Assembly: GCF_018977255.1 (NCBI RefSeq)
Contig: NW_024704743.1
Span: 4,032,001 to 4,096,000 of the forward strand
Direction of reading: 5' to 3'
Length of the DNA: 64,000 bases
Origin: Callorhinchus milii
Lineage: Eukaryota
Position numbers and translations under genes: made by a program. Numbering within the stretch: position 1 is the first letter of the stretch; every line of letters starts with the position of its first letter. A model generated the notes under the pieces. That model worked only from the letters and a program-made list of their open reading frames with translations, did not search any database and was not told the DNA's origin. Positions 23,193-37,150 of the stretch are shown here, in pieces.

Positions 23193-23619
23193 TTTCTAAT
23201 GATTAATGGCCTCTAGGTTTGAGAAACCCCCTTTGTGTGCTGCTTAGAAATAGTGAAAATATATAACTTCAAACGAGTTGTTGTTGCTTCTTGTTGAGGG
23301 TTTACATTGAAGCTCAGCGTGTTTCCAGACTCCGCACTTCCGAAGCACGTCGATAACACTGTGCAATGCCAAGTCTGAAGGTCATACCCTCAGACAGACA
23401 GAATTAAGGTTGTTCATCTGAAGACAGTGCATCAAAGTAATGCATCATACTTTGGCTGCCCAGCTACAGATCATTAGATTCCTCTATCCAGTCCCGTGTT
23501 CAACCCAAAGCATGAAATTTCCTTGCAGTTTCAGTTTCACTATACATTTCAGTGCAGGCAGGGCCTTAGATATTGACTTAAATAGATATCTTACATAACC
23601 GTTAAATAAATGTGTGTCT

Positions 23620-23930
23620 GTCTGGCTCAGACGGTAGCATTCTTGGCTCCACGACGAAGGGGGTGGGTTCAAGCCCCACATCGGGTCTTTGAAATCATAG
23701 AGTGTTGGGTGATATTCCTACACGGCGCTCGCTGGGTGAGGTGGGTGGGGAGGTGGTTGCTGCAATATTTGAGGTGCCATCCTTCGGATGAGATGTTAAA
23801 CCAAGTTCCCTTCTCCCTGATCAGGTGAATATTAAAGATCCCACAGCACTATTCAAAAAGGAATGGAGTTTCTCCCCAGTGTCCTGGCTGACAATCCCCC
23901 AGATAAAATTGGCCATTCACTTAATTGACT
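23620..23930 (+). mobile_element. Older Deu-domain SINE, tail missing
   Basis: ctggctcagacggtagcattcttggc...gggttcaagccccac...gaggtgccatccttcggatgagatgttaaacc. Confidence 0.8.
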
Positions 23931-24097
23931 TGTGCAGTTTAGGTTATAAACGCGCAAATATTAATTTGTTTTAATCTGTCCAGGTAAATGGATTGATAAC
24001 AAGTTTTGACTCACCAACATATTGGCCCTCTATATAATGGCTGCATAGAATGTATGTGATAATAATACGGGAACTTACATTTGATATTGAACCGTAC

Positions 24098-24240
24098 GTA
24101 GAACCAGAGAAATTTACAGCACGGAAGAAGACCATTTGGTCCATCATGTCTGTGCTGGCTCTTTTGAGAGCCATCCTTTCAGGCTGCCCTTTCCACCCAC
24201 ACTGTAGTTTAACCCTTTTTAGATATTTATCTAGTTCGCA
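24098..24240 (-). mobile_element. CR1 LINE 3' tail
   Basis: Reverse of cacagacatgatggaccaaatggtcttcttccgtgctgtaaatttctctgg. Confidence 0.7.
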
Positions 24241-25224
24241 ATAGCGCCTTTCATATTAGGAAGACATCTGAAAACACATGACATTTACTGTAAAGTGTAG
24301 TGAATGTGTAATTGGTTGGTGAATGTGGCAGCCAAGTTGTGCGCAACAAAGCCCCACGGAAAGTTATGAAGTGAATGGCCAATTTTATTTGGTGGGATTT
24401 TTGGCCAGTTCACCGGAGAAACTCCCTTCTCTGTTCCAAGAATAGTAATAATAATAATAATCATCCTTGTATTTGATATAGCACCTTATCACATCCTTGA
24501 GACGTCTCAAAGCGCTTCACAGAACATATTGTAATGTGGGTTGACTGCAAATTGACATTAAATATATTGTAAAGGATGATCCCTCGAGTGAGGTATCAGA
24601 GGTACGGTTTTCAGATTATATACAAAGAGGAGTTAATCACCATCATTTGGAGGCGAAAATACACTGCAACATTTGTCCTTCCATCCCAGTATGCAAGCAA
24701 TTTAATATTCATTAAAAAGTATAAAGCAAATTACAGAAAACATACTTTAGGGAGTTAGGCTGCCCAAATCATTTATTACAATGTGTCACAACAGAACATA
24801 TTAAAATATATTTGTCTAGGTTAATATTTCTTTCGTCCCTTAATCTGTTCCATCTGCTTTAAAATAAAAAAAAACAGAGTTAGTCTCTTACTTGGATAAC
24901 ACACGTCTCATTCAGGCGCTGGCAAAATCATAACGTTCCCTTGCAACTTGTTTGCCCTGTTGGGTTTAACACAAAGGAGTTGACAGTGGGAGTGTAAACA
25001 CAAGTCCAACCCTCAGATAGCCTTAAGAGAAAAATATATCCTTGCAATACAATTACATTAAATCTTGTGAGTACACTATAATCTAGAGACCTGACAGATC
25101 GAGTGCTGGGAAGGCTGCATTCAACTCAGAGCCCGGAGCTCTAATTCCAATCTCCACAGGAAAAAAAATAATCCCCTTCGCCCTAACTTGTACTGGACTC
25201 AATTTTCAAAAAGGGTCTCAACAC

Positions 25225-25415
25225 CCCCAAAAAAATAATAAATCGGTCAATCAATCCACGGCTGTTTGTGGGGACGCTGCCGTGTGCAATTGGCTGCCGC
25301 GTTTCGCCCACAAAATATACAGTCAATTCACTTTACAGGATATTCTGCGAAGCGCTTTTGAGACGTCTCGAAGACGCGATAAGGCGCTACATCAAATGCA
25401 AGGATTATTATTATA
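25225..25415 (+). mobile_element. Young SINE 3' half
   Basis: ctgtttgtggggacgctgccgtgtgcaattggctgccgcgtttcgcccacaaaatatacag through to the tail. Confidence 0.9.
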
Positions 25416-25804
25416 TATCATGCAATCGATCCCTTCCACCCTACCAATGGTGGCTGAACTTTAAACTGCTATACCTCCACCCTCAGGAACTCCATTTCTC
25501 TATTTCATCCTCTTATTTATCCTCAAAAGCTAAGTGAAACCTCTCTCTTTGACATTCTGTTGTCTCCCGACCCCTTCACAGCTTGGTACCTGAGGTGCTT
25601 CCTCTTCTCTCTAAAACGCTCTGAGACATCACAGTGTATGAAAGGCTCTTAATGCATCTTGCGGTCTTTGCAGTGAGGAGATTTAAACACCCAACACATT
25701 ATCCTACATGAAGGGCACTGCTGTATACAAGTACCAATTGTTGTTGAGATGTCTTTGATCCATTGAGCGAGTTGATATGAATATTGAGTTGGGCTGAAAT
25801 GAAA

Positions 25805-25985
25805 ATAATAATAATAATAATAATCTTTGAAATTTTATATAGCACCTTGAGACGACTCAAAGCACTTCACAGAATATACTGTAAAGTGAATTGACTGTGT
25901 ATTTTGTGGGCGAAACGTGGCAGCCACAGCTGTCTGGCGTGTCCCATAGACAGTCGTGGATTGAGTGACCAATTTTATTTTATTT
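25805..25985 (-). mobile_element. Young SINE 3' half
   Basis: (AAT)n followed by reverse tail and body. Confidence 0.85.
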
Positions 25986-26823
25986 TTAGAAAATGGAGGA
26001 GAAAAGTGGATTACCCACTGGTCAGGTTTACCAACGAGCTCCTCCCTGCCACCAACATTTTAGTCTGCACTTCAATGCCCCCTCACCAGCAGAGAAAACG
26101 TAGAGTGCATGGATGGTTTGAACAGATTTTGTATAACTTTCAGACATTAGCTAGACTCTTATGAATGCCAGGAGGCACGGCAAAATATTAAGACTGTTAT
26201 TGGAATGTAAAGCGGTCTTTAAAAAGCGTTCCTTAAAAGTTAATGGAAAAGCCATGGAGACGTGCAATGAGAAATTGACTTGTTTAAGCCAGGGAAGGGC
26301 GGGCTGTTGGGTGTTGAGTGCTGTGTTTATCATGAACCAGCAGGTACTACAAGCAGATGAGCACATCAATTTATCACCCTTCCAAATTCATGTCAGAACA
26401 GTTATCTGTTCTTTACTCGATGCGGCCATAGAACATTAGGCCATGATAAACGACTCAAACATGACTTTACCTGTGGCATCTGTCAAAACTTGAGATAATG
26501 GAGAAGAGATGGCTCTTACGCACTTCAGAAACATAAGGGGATGAAGTGCTGTGTGCATTTATTATTTACCATTCTGATTTCTTCTGACATTAATCCCTGC
26601 TATCGTTTTTCTTCTCAGTCGTCGAAACCTAGTTAACGGCCGAGCCCTTTAGCGCAGTACATAACCAAGGCTGCAAAGTCAGAAGGGAAGCCAAATAAGT
26701 CAAGGAAAAGTGCTAAGGGTGATGTCGGGCTTGGGCTTCTAAACTGCTTCACTGAGGAACTGAAAGAAACCAAGATTATCACTGGGTTTATCACAGGATA
26801 ACAACAAACAGTGGACAGCTACA

Positions 26824-27060
26824 GTGGAGTCCTGTAGCTCAGTTGGTTAGAGCACTCGCCTCGCAAGCGAGAGATCTGGGTTCGATTCCCGGCAGGGGGC
26901 GAAACCCTGGGCAAGTTTCCTTACTCCACACGCCTGATAATAATCCCTCGAGAAAAAAATAAGGCGGAGGTCCCAAGGCGCTGGACGGTCAGAAATCCAC
27001 ACCCGAGCTGGTGGTTGGGATCAGGAGGGGTGGAAAGCAGGGAAGGTGGGGGTAGGATCA
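26824..27060 (+). mobile_element. Young SINE head (short subfamily) joined to an antisense L2 3' end
   Basis: Intact A box TAGCTCAGTTGG and B box GGTTCGATTCC; after the poly-A, the reverse L2-A tail gtcccaaggcgctggacggtcag. Confidence 0.8.
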
Positions 27061-27139
27061 TGCAGAACATGATCCTTTAGAGATTGAGCCATGGTAAGCG
27101 GAATGAGGCCTGAGCACTGATGGGGCGAGACATCACAGG

Positions 27140-27410
27140 ATCACGAGACTGGCTTGAATCATTTTGTCTCTCCACAACGTCCGTCCTTTCCCCCCCTCCT
27201 CATCACAGCATGAAGCCGCTTTTCTAAATGAGTCCGGTGTCCTGGCCTCTACCACCTTTCCTGGGAACCTGTTCCGGTTGCTGATTAACCTCTGGATTAA
27301 AAAAAAATCTTTTCCTTTTTGGTACTTGACCTGAAATTGCCCTTTACGGCATAAACCTACATCCTCTTGTCCTACTGTCTTGTTGCATCCTAAAGTATTC
27401 TTGTGGGTTT
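27140..27410 (-). mobile_element. CR1 LINE 3' fragment
   Basis: Reverse encodes NRFPGKVVEARTPDSFRK, a CR1 ORF2 C-terminus; a related fragment lies at ~31345-31420. Confidence 0.7.
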
Positions 27411-28859
27411 ACTAACCTGAGGGCGGTTGATGCATGTAGTAGTAACAATAATAAATAATAATAATGATTAATAATTGATTGACAGAGCAACTTTCACACC
27501 AGAGGTCGTCTCAAAGCGCTTCGCAGGATTTACTGTACAGTGCAGTGACTGTATATTTTGTATGTGAACGCAGCAACCAATTTACAGACAGTATGCCCAC
27601 AAACAGCTATAAAAGTGAGTGACCAATTTTATTCGACGGCACCTTTGATATTGTAGTGGAACTGACTCCCAGCGCTACATTGGGGTGTCAGCATATTCTG
27701 TGCGACAAATTATAATTTACCGGTGAACAATCAAACAAGTGTTCACCTCTTCATATTTTCCTGCACCAATTAATTTTCAGTTTTTTTTACCAGAGCATTG
27801 AACCATCGGTGACTGAGCCATGATTCATCACGCCCCCAAAACTCTAGAACTCTCTGCCTCTATCCCTCCGCCTCCGCCTCTCGAGGTACCTTCAGATCCC
27901 ACCTTAAAAACTACCTCTTCGATCACATCTTCCTCCCACTTTCTTCCCAGGTGAACATCCAGACCGTAACGCTCTGAAAGCGCCCGGGTAGATTGACCCA
28001 CAACAACAACAAAATTATAGAGTGCCTTTCACATAGGGAGGACATCCCAAAGTGCCGGGCATAGTGACCTAGGCGAAGGCGTTGTATAAATTCAGTTTGT
28101 TGTTGGTGAAGAGGAAATGCGATGCTTTAATGCTGCTTAATGAACGAACGTGGACTGTAAATTGGAGTAATACACGTTCATAATGTCTTGCCCTTGATCA
28201 AACCAAAATAGGATTTTTTTTTTTTTTTTGGTCACATATGAATGCAGACTGCCATGCATTGTGCGAGCAGCACATGCTGTGTGCTTTCCATGTATTTCTA
28301 ATCAGATGCTGACAGAGGAACTACTCAAGGGCATGTCCATTGTGCTTCGGAGCGAAATGAACCGTGTCTATTAACATACCAGTGAAACTGTCTTTTAAGA
28401 TTGCGGTATTATAGAGATATGATGAGGCATTAAAGAAAGAACAAGGGCATTGAGAAAAATGATGAGCTCAAGAATAATCCACTTAAGTCCAATTCCAGCA
28501 TGGTTTGTAGTCAGTGAGATTCCCGAAATAGAAGCCATCTCTGGATCTCTTCCCAATTTTGTAATCCCTTCTTGAATTGGTTTCTCTTTGGATGCATTTA
28601 CACCCTTTAACGATTTCTACAATTGGCTCATGCACTGACCTCAAGCTAAGTTTAGTTTTAAAAGCCATTCATTGGGTTCTTAACCAGACATTGCTGTTTA
28701 TTTTCTTTCTCATAGCAACTGGCACAGGATGCAGGGAATGCACCATTTACCCTCGCGTTTGAATGTAGCATCGTTGCGGGTTTCCCAGAATAAAGTTAAA
28801 GGGATCCAAAACGTAGCAGTTGTAACCTCCGTTCTCAAAGATTAGTGAATATTTATGAC

Positions 28860-29108
28860 CGGCGGAGGTCGTGCTTTCGGCCACTATGCCCCCAAAACTC
28901 TGGAACGCTCTACCTCAATCCCTCCGCCTTGCCCCCTCTCTCCCCTCTTCCAAGTCCTGCCTGAAAACTTTCCTATTCGACTGTGCTAACACGACCACCT
29001 CCCCACCTCCCCACCCCGGCTCGGAGTCAGGCTCCGCCACTCTTAAGCGCTCTGAGACGCTACCCTGCATGGAGGGCGCTATGTGAGGGCAAGTTGTTGC
29101 TGTTGTTG
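28860..29108 (+). mobile_element. L2 LINE 3' end (subfamily B)
   Basis: PKLWNALPQSLRLAPSL, LKTFLFD; tail ggctcggagtcaggctccgccactcttaagcgctctgagacg. Confidence 0.9.
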
Positions 29109-30969
29109 AATATCAAATCCAGCCAACGACTGGAATGCCGTTGACATTGAGCCACAGGATCTCCGATTCTGAAACGCTTGGGGTTGCATTGGAGCAGAGA
29201 TCCCTCAGATCTAGTTATCAGCAGGAACCTCACACTTTAACCCCCCCACCCCCACCCCATTGCACGGGTATCTCAGGGACGCTACCCCGTGTGAAGAGCG
29301 CAATACAACTGCAAGTTGTTATTGTTGTTGACTCTGGAGAAAAGGGTGGATGTTAAAAATCCCACGACACCATTTGAAACGGGAGGGGGGTGAGGGGGTT
29401 TTCTCCCCGTGTCACCAGCCAACTATCCCGAAATACAATCGGGCAGTCACTCCATCTTTGATTGAAGGTTGAATCGCTGTGTGTGGAAATTGGCCTCAGC
29501 GTTCGCTCACTACACTTCGCAGAAAAATCCTGCGAAGCACTTTCAGACGGCTCAACAAGCTTGATAAGGCACCGTATCGAATGCAAGTATTATATTCAAT
29601 GTGCACATCTAACGTTTAAAAGGTTTTATTGGGGAAAAACGCATTGCAGTGTTGGCAGTGTGTCACACAACCAAACTGATGCCACGTGTGACCGGCCAAA
29701 GAAGCCATTTTAAAAAAAAGTTAATTATGTTTAATCTGATTTTAAGCTGCAATCATTCCGCTCATTGTGGTGTAATTATATTTTATAACATCATATCTAT
29801 AATTCATCTCGAAACAGTTTGGTTAATAACCAGAATTGGAATATTTTCTGTGCGAAATGAAAATCCACGTAACAGGATGTCTTTTCTCGCAAAGAAATAG
29901 AAAATAAAATAAGCTTTTGCAAACTTGTATGTGCTTCGGCACAAGGGCTGGTCTTCTCACCGAACGTGGCGGTGGATGAGGAAATTCCCGCATAAACACG
30001 CCAAAACAAAGCTGCAAGGAGAAAAAACGTATTTCAGCATAGGTGGGTGTGAAAGACGGGAACATAACCATTCATTTTTCACTGTTTCTTCTCCGCTCGC
30101 TCCCTTAATTTAAATATATAACAATAAATAATACTCGCATTTGATATAGCGCCTTATCAAGTCATTCAGACATCTTCAAAGTAAAGTATAATGGGGTCAT
30201 ATGGTCGAAGCTGACACTCAAAAATGCAGTGCTGAGGGTTTGCTGCATTGTTAGAGAGTCCAATCCTTTGGATGAGATGTTAAACCAAGGCCCTGACTGC
30301 TCTGCTCTGCGCAACATTGCCCGGCTATGCCATTGTCCCTCACTGCATTCATCCACAAAACACGGTCACTACACTTTACAGTATCTCCTGTGAAGTACTT
30401 TGGGGCTGTCCTCCCAATGTGAAAGGCACTCTACCAAATGTAAACATTATTATTATTATTATTATTATCAATAATGGTGCTTCTACTCTTGTTCCTTTTT
30501 TTTATTGTTTTAATAATAATAATAATAATAATAAATAATCTTTGCATTTGATACAGCGCTTTTCGCATCTGGGGGTTACGTCTCAAAGCACTTCACAAGA
30601 TTTGCTGCGAAGGGTGGTGACCGGGTATTTTGTGGGAAAACTTGACAGCCAATTTGGACACAGCAATGTCCCCAAAACATCCATGAAGTAAACGACCCAG
30701 TGTCGATGGGGGAGTTTTCCCTTAACATTAACAGTGTCACGCATTAACATTGGACAAGGGAACAGGCTGGAGTCTGGATGCCTTCTCCCAGGCCTTTGCC
30801 AATGTTGTGCTTGATCAGGACCAAAGGAGACACAGGACTGGTCAATGTGCCAATCGCGAGAGAGTTACAGATGACCTTCCTTTTGAATGAATGGTCCATT
30901 TCTACGCCCAGAGATTCTATGATTTGATCCCAACATATCCATCCAATCACTTCCCTAATATAGCATCAA

Positions 30970-31332
30970 GTGGCGTCCTGTAGCTCAATGGTTAGAACAC
31001 TCACCTCGCAAGTGAGAGACCTGTGTTCGATTCCCGGGCAGGACAAAATGTTGGGCAAGTTTCCTTACTCCAAACGCCTCTGTTTACCTTAGCAGTGAGT
31101 GGGAACCCAGTTGTTAGTCGATTGGCAGATCGCTTTTCCGGAAGTAATAATTCCTTCCAAAAAAATAACAGTAATGAATGGGTCACTTCAATCCACGACT
31201 GTTTGTGGGACACTGCTGTGCGTTTCGCCCACAGAATACACAATCAATTCACTTTACAGCATATTCTGTGAAGCGCTCTGAGACGTTTCGAAGACGTGAC
31301 AAGGCGCAATAACAAATCCAAGGATTATTATT
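30970..31332 (+). mobile_element. Full young tRNA-SINE, long subfamily
   Basis: Complete head-to-tail match to the other copies. Confidence 0.92.
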
Positions 31333-32517
31333 CTTATCAAACTGTTTCTTAAATGAGTCCGGTGTCCTGGCTTTTACCACCTTATCTGGTAACCTATCCT
31401 AGCCATTGAATAAACCCGACTTGTTCTTTAAATCTCTAAGCTTGAGCTGTCTTGTCCTGCACGCACTTTCTCTCTCTTTGCCTTCTATATTATCTTGTGC
31501 CTGATTGTCCATTCTGCCCTTGTGAAGAAGTAGGTCAACAAACATTCCCACGAGCCCCACCCGCCCGCCCTCCACAAATAAAATTGGTCACTCATTCTGT
31601 GGCTGTTTGTGGGACATTGCCGTGTGTAAAATTGACTGCTGAGCTCCCCTACAAAATGCACAGTCGGCACACTTCGCAGAATCCTCCAAAGTGTCTTTGA
31701 AACGTCTCAACAATGTTATAAGCTGCTTGGTCAAACGCAAGGATTATTAAGTATCTGGCTTCAACTCATCACCTGGCTCAACCCGAGTGATTGTTGAAAT
31801 TCCTGTGTCGGAAACCGAAATGACTCTCCACCTCCTCATGTTCCCACTCGCTCGCCCGCTCATCTCTTTTTCTGTCGCTCGCTCTCTCTTTCGCTGGCTT
31901 TAACGCACTCCAGAACCTGAAATGGAACTGGAATCGGATGCAGAATAAACTGAAGATATTGTTTTCTCCTCGGCTCCAAACCACACTTGACAATGTACAG
32001 CTAATTTGGGAATGCTTGAACATTGCCCAATTTACCTTGTATGTAGAATTCAAGTTGACCTGACATTTTTTTGCGGGGGGGAAAAAAAGGTATAGCGTTG
32101 TAAAGGCTTCTAAAATGCAGATGAACAGCACCTACCATTAATTTTGTTACCGTGGCAGTAGGCAGATAGGTGGGTGGTATGTGACAGGCAGATGTGGCCA
32201 CTGGTGGATGGAGCCACGGTGACAAAGACTGAAGAAACATACAGGTTATAGCAACTTATCACGTTCAAACTTCTCATACTGCTTCACAGCTAATTGCTGT
32301 CAAGTGTAGTTACTGTTTCTGGAGGCAAATTCAGCAGCCGTTCATGTCTGAAAGGGTTGAGTTGAGCAGCCAATTAATCTGGAGGATGGTTGGACGGAAC
32401 AGCATTGCAAAACTTCCTACTCTTTTCAAATAGTGTCTTGGGATCATTATGATTATTATTTTTATTGTTATTATCAGATCATCCAAGGAGTAGCGGCACT
32501 TTGCTACACTGCAACCT

Positions 32518-33400
32518 GCATGCTCCCTCTTGGTGACATTTTCCGTAGACATGGGGTCAACTTCCACATGTACGCGGATGACACCTAACTCTGTCTCTCT
32601 GCCTCCACCCTCGAAGAGAGGACCCCTGATGTTCTCACAGACTGTCTGTTGGACGTCAATTCCTGGTTGAGAGCTAACTTTACACCTCACGGAGCCAATA
32701 GGGAACCTCGGCGTCCTGTTCGACCCTCAACTGTCCTTCAACGCCCGCATCCGTGCCACGACCTTTCCCCACCTCCGCAACATTTCCTGGCTCTGCCAAC
32801 TGTCTCTCACTGCAGACCCTCACCCACACATTCATCACATCCAGGCTCAACTACACAAACTCCCTGCTTGTTGACCTCCCCAACTCTTCCCTCCACAGGC
32901 CGCAGGTCATCCAGAACTCTGCAACCCTTGTCCTCTCCCACACCAGGCTCTGGGTCCCTATCACCCCCATCCTCTCCCAGCTCAATTGGCTCTTCATCAC
33001 TCAGAGGATACAGTTCGAGATCCTGGTACTCACCTTCAAAGCCCTCTACGGCCTTGCTCCTCCCTACTTCGGTGACCTCCTAACCCTCTACCAACCTGTC
33101 CGCTCCTTCCACTTACCAGGCTCCAGCCTGCTTCACGTCCCCCGCCTTGCCCACCCTCACCGATCGGGCCATCAGCCTCTCTGCCCCCATCCTATGGAAC
33201 GCCATTCCACAGTCCCTCCGCCTCGCCCACTCCCTTGCCTCCCTCAAGACTCATCTCGAGATGCTCCTCTTTGACCGTGCCCACCCTCCACCCCTCCTGA
33301 TCTCAACCACCAGCTTGGGTGCAGTTCCCTGACTGTCCAGCGCCTTGGGACATCCTCCTGACGTGAAAGGCGCGATACAAATGTAATCTGTTCTTGTTGC
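32518..33400 (+). mobile_element. L2 LINE 3' ~0.9 kb fragment (subfamily A)
   Basis: [28 protein letters not shown]...LNWLFITQRIQFEILVLTFKALYGLAPPYF; L2-A tail. Confidence 0.93.
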
Positions 33401-34221
33401 ATGTTCATCTGTAAAAGGTCGTGTGTAGCTTTAGTCTCCGGTGCCTCTTGATGTCAGTGAAGTTCATGTCGCCTTTCGCATCGGAGGAACGTCCCCCAAA
33501 GTGACTCACAGGAATTTACTGTACAGTGTAGCTAGCGCCTGCGTATGTCCAGCAATGTCCCACAAAGAGCCACAAAGTGAATGCCCAATTTTATTTGGAG
33601 GATCGTTGACACGCTTAACATGCTTAACTCATACACTGCTTGAGGTATGTCTGCTTCTAAAGCCATGTTATCAGATGACGTCCGCACACACACGCACACA
33701 TACACACACACTCACGCGTGTCTTGCTCCTCTAAGTTATGGCCTTTGAACCCGTTGATACCAATTTTGCTGTCATTGACTGAAGCGATTCATCATCCCCC
33801 ACATTACTCGGAGAGCCAAATGGTAGCGGGATATTCATCTCTTTCCATGTCACAGGTCAGCTATGGAGCTGATAGAAAGTCTCAGTGTGTAATGGCAAGA
33901 ACCTCTCTGATCAGGAATACAGTAAGATTTATATCTGCTCTCACACGTGCTCAATGTTCTTGAAAATATGGTTCCCAGATCCGACGCTGCAATTTGAATT
34001 TAAATTAAAATCGACGTATATGCTTGCTGGAATGTCTTCTCCTCTTCGTCCATTCTAGGTGCTCTCTGTTTTGGGTTTGGAGGCTTTCCACAGAGGATGT
34101 TCACGCTAGGCAGCAATCTCCTTTAGCTCCCATAAGAAAAAGAAATCTTGAAAAAGAAAAAGAAATCTTATTTGTCAACTGGCAGTGCAAAGCATGTAAT
34201 CACAATGATTAGTGACAAAAT

Positions 34222-34633
34222 AGTAATCCTCGCATTTGATACAGTGCCTTATCGCGTCATCGAGACGTCTCAAAGCGCTTTGCAGAATATACTGTAAAGT
34301 GGATTCACTGCGTATTTCATGGGCGAAACACAGCAGCCAAATTTGCACACAGGAGCGACCCACAAACCACAAACAACCAGTAGGCGAATGACTGATTTTA
34401 TCAAGACAGCAGGAGAAAGTCCCCTTCTCTTTTCAAATAGTGGCATCTGAACCGGTAGACGGAAACCCGATTTAACTCTCGGCTGAAGGAAAACACCTTC
34501 GACAATATAACACAGCCCCAAGAACTGCACTGGGCGGATCAGCACAGACAATGGCCATTCCTAGTCCCGATGTGGGACTTGAACCCGCAACCTTCTGACT
34601 CGAGGCAAGAGTGCCCCCAACGGAGCCAGGCTG
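34222..34633 (-). mobile_element. Older Deu-domain SINE, near full length
   Basis: Reverse tail, Deu body and head (gggacttgaacccgcaaccttctgactcgaggcaagagtgc). Confidence 0.8.
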
Positions 34634-35434
34634 ATGGTTTATGGTAGATTAATACATGGTACAGCTCAAAAAACAGACTATTCGGCCCATCCAGTCCAAC
34701 TGTGTTTATACTTCACACAATGCCACTCCTAGATCCTTTCCTGAGTCCCATATCCGTGCTTTTCCCATATCACTCAACTTTATTCTATCTTACGCATGTA
34801 TCTAGTTTCTTTAACGTGTCCTCATTAATAATCACGCGCGATGACTTTTTCATCCGTTTTGTTACTGTTTAAAAGTCAGCTTCCAATCTCCTCATCCCAA
34901 TATGCACTTGCTGTTGAATTATTCTTAAATTTTAAGCCATAAAAGGTCTTCCAGGCTGAGACCGGGTGGAATTTCAGACCTTGGAAACCTCGGTTTCCAC
35001 CTGACACAGCTCCGCAATACACGATGTTTGTAAATAATCCGTTCCGTGCTCCAGCAAGTTTATAGTTTTCCGGTTCGTTAACAGACCTCACTAATTCTTC
35101 GACAACAATATTGACAATTAGTGATGTACAAGTCATCTGCTGAGTGAAAGATGTAGGTGGTAGAAATCTAATTATACTCCAAGTCTGTTAGTCACACAAT
35201 CTGGTTGCTTTAATGCAGAGAAATAGACTGCCAATTCCTACCTGTTAATAAACCCCAAACTAGGTAATGATTCTCTGTTAGTGGGTAAATTTACTGATCT
35301 CGCTTATAATTATAATGTTGCCTCCAGCTGTACAAATGGAGCATAAGAATTTTTTCACGTACAGAGGAATGTCTTTCTACCCAGTCCCGGCTCTCTGTGT
35401 TTCGTCCCGAACCAGGGAAAGACTTTTTTTAACG

Positions 35435-35902
35435 TAGAGGAATTGGAACTCACTAAGGTTGATGCAGAAAACATCAAAGCATTTAAGAGGACGTTCTCGT
35501 GCATAACAGCAACTTTCATTCATATATCGCTTTCAAATAGGATACCACGCATGAGGGAGAAGGATATGACTTGCAGCTCAGTGGTTAGAGCACTCGCCTC
35601 GCAAGCAAAGAGACTGGGGTCCCTGGGCGGGGCGAAATGTTGGGCATGTTTCCTTACTCCACACACCTCTGTTTACCTCGCTAGGTTGTTAGTCGATTGG
35701 CGGATCGCTTCTCCGGGGGTAATAATTCCTTCAAGAAAATAATAATAATTAATTTGGTCACTGTTTGTGGGGGACGCTGCTGCGCGCAATTGGCTGCCGC
35801 GTTTCGCCCACAAAATATACAGTCGGTTCACTTAACAGTATATCCTGTGAAGCGCTTTGAGAAGTCTCGAACGCATGATAAGGCGCTGTGTCAAATCCAA
35901 GG

Positions 35903-35943
<41 letters not shown>

Positions 35944-36045
35944 GTGAGAGGACATCAGGAGGGGTGGAAGCTTGTGTAGAGTATAAAATAGTGGCACGGA
36001 CTAATTGGGCCAAATGGCTTGTTTCGGTTTTGTACGGTCTATGGT
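35435..36045 (+). mobile_element. CR1 3' end split by a young SINE (35570-35943)
   Basis: CR1 gatgcagaaaacatcaaagcatttaagagg...atgagggagaagg resumes after the SINE (ATT)n with ggcacggactaattgggccaaatggcttgtttc. Confidence 0.75.
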
Positions 36046-36224
36046 AATTCGGTGTAATACATGGAACGCTCAGTTGTCTGGTGTGGATTCTCTTAAGCAC
36101 AGTGATGGGTTTGCGTTCGTCACTAAACCGTCTAAAAACATATTACTTTTTTCATATTACTGTTTAAAAAAGAATATATTTCATTTTCAAATACTGGCCC
36201 CGCTCTCTTTTAAAAGTCACAACA

Positions 36225-36775
36225 AGAACAGCAACAACAGCAGCAACGTCGACGACAACAACTTGCACTTATACAACTCCCTCCACACAGCGGGAGCGTC
36301 TCAGAGCGATTAACAGTGGCGGAGCCTGACTCCGAGCCGCGGGTTGGTGGGGGGGGGGGGGGGGCAAGGCGGAGGGATTGAGGGAGAGTGTGTTGCACGG
36401 TTTCTCCATCTCTACAGCTGGAGGCAACATTCCAATTATAATGTTATCATTTTTAAAAGCTGTCCCAGATTTTGTTTTGCGGAGTGAATTGCCAGCTCCG
36501 CAGGCCTTGTCGACGCCAGATTTCTGTCCCGTCGTGAACTCACCAGTACGCGCCGCTGTGTGGCTGTTTGCCTCTCGCGAACAGCTTGAGAGTACGACAA
36601 CAACAACAGCTTGCGAGCCGGGGGTGGGGGGGGAGGGGGGAGGGGAAGGTGACCAAGGGCGCGGTCGAAAAGAAAGGTCTTTAGCCGAGACCTGAAGGTG
36701 GGAAGAGAGGGGGCGAGGCGAAGGGAGTGAGGAAGGGAGTTCCGGAGCCTCGGGGCATAGTGGCTGAAGGCCAAA
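36225..36775 (-). mobile_element. Two L2 subfamily-B 3' end fragments
   Basis: 36225-36392 and ~36595-36775 in reverse: AFSHYAPRLRNSLPHSLRLAPSL...LKTFLFDRA, with (AAC)n tails. Confidence 0.85.
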
Positions 36776-36971
36776 TGAGGCTCAAGGCGAAATGAGAAGG
36801 TTTAATATTCCACAAAAGCTCGATGTAGATAAAAGCTGGTCAGGTTTGAAGAGATGTGAGCAGTAACAACAAACAACTTGTGGATCTTTATTGCTTTGCC
36901 CAATGATTTTTTTCAAGGAGTCCCTGTCCCACTGAACTGCAGTTTATTTCCTTCCATTTCGACAACTGCCC

Positions 36972-37150
36972 ATAATAATAATAATAATAATAGAAATAAC
37001 AACAATAATAATCCTCGCATTTGATACAGCGCCTTATCACGTCTTCGAGACGTCTCAAAGCCCTTCACGGGATATCCTGTAAAGTGTAGTGACTGTATAT
37101 TTTGCGGGCGAAACGCGGCAGCCAATTGAGCACAGCGACCAAATTACTAT
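36972..37150 (-). mobile_element. Young SINE 3' half
   Basis: Reverse tail gcgccttatcacgtcttcgagacgtctcaaag. Confidence 0.88.

Noticed and set aside
26465..26525. Minus-strand CAG|GTAAAG donor with possible micro-exon; a similar 20-23 nt candidate at ~37310-37332
   Set aside because: Too short to distinguish from chance without RNA data.
26826..26900. tRNA-Ala(CGC)-like gene with intact A and B boxes (also near 8535, 40290, 57045, 58265, 59785)
   Set aside because: Each continues directly into SINE body sequence and lacks a proper acceptor stem and terminator; these are SINE heads.
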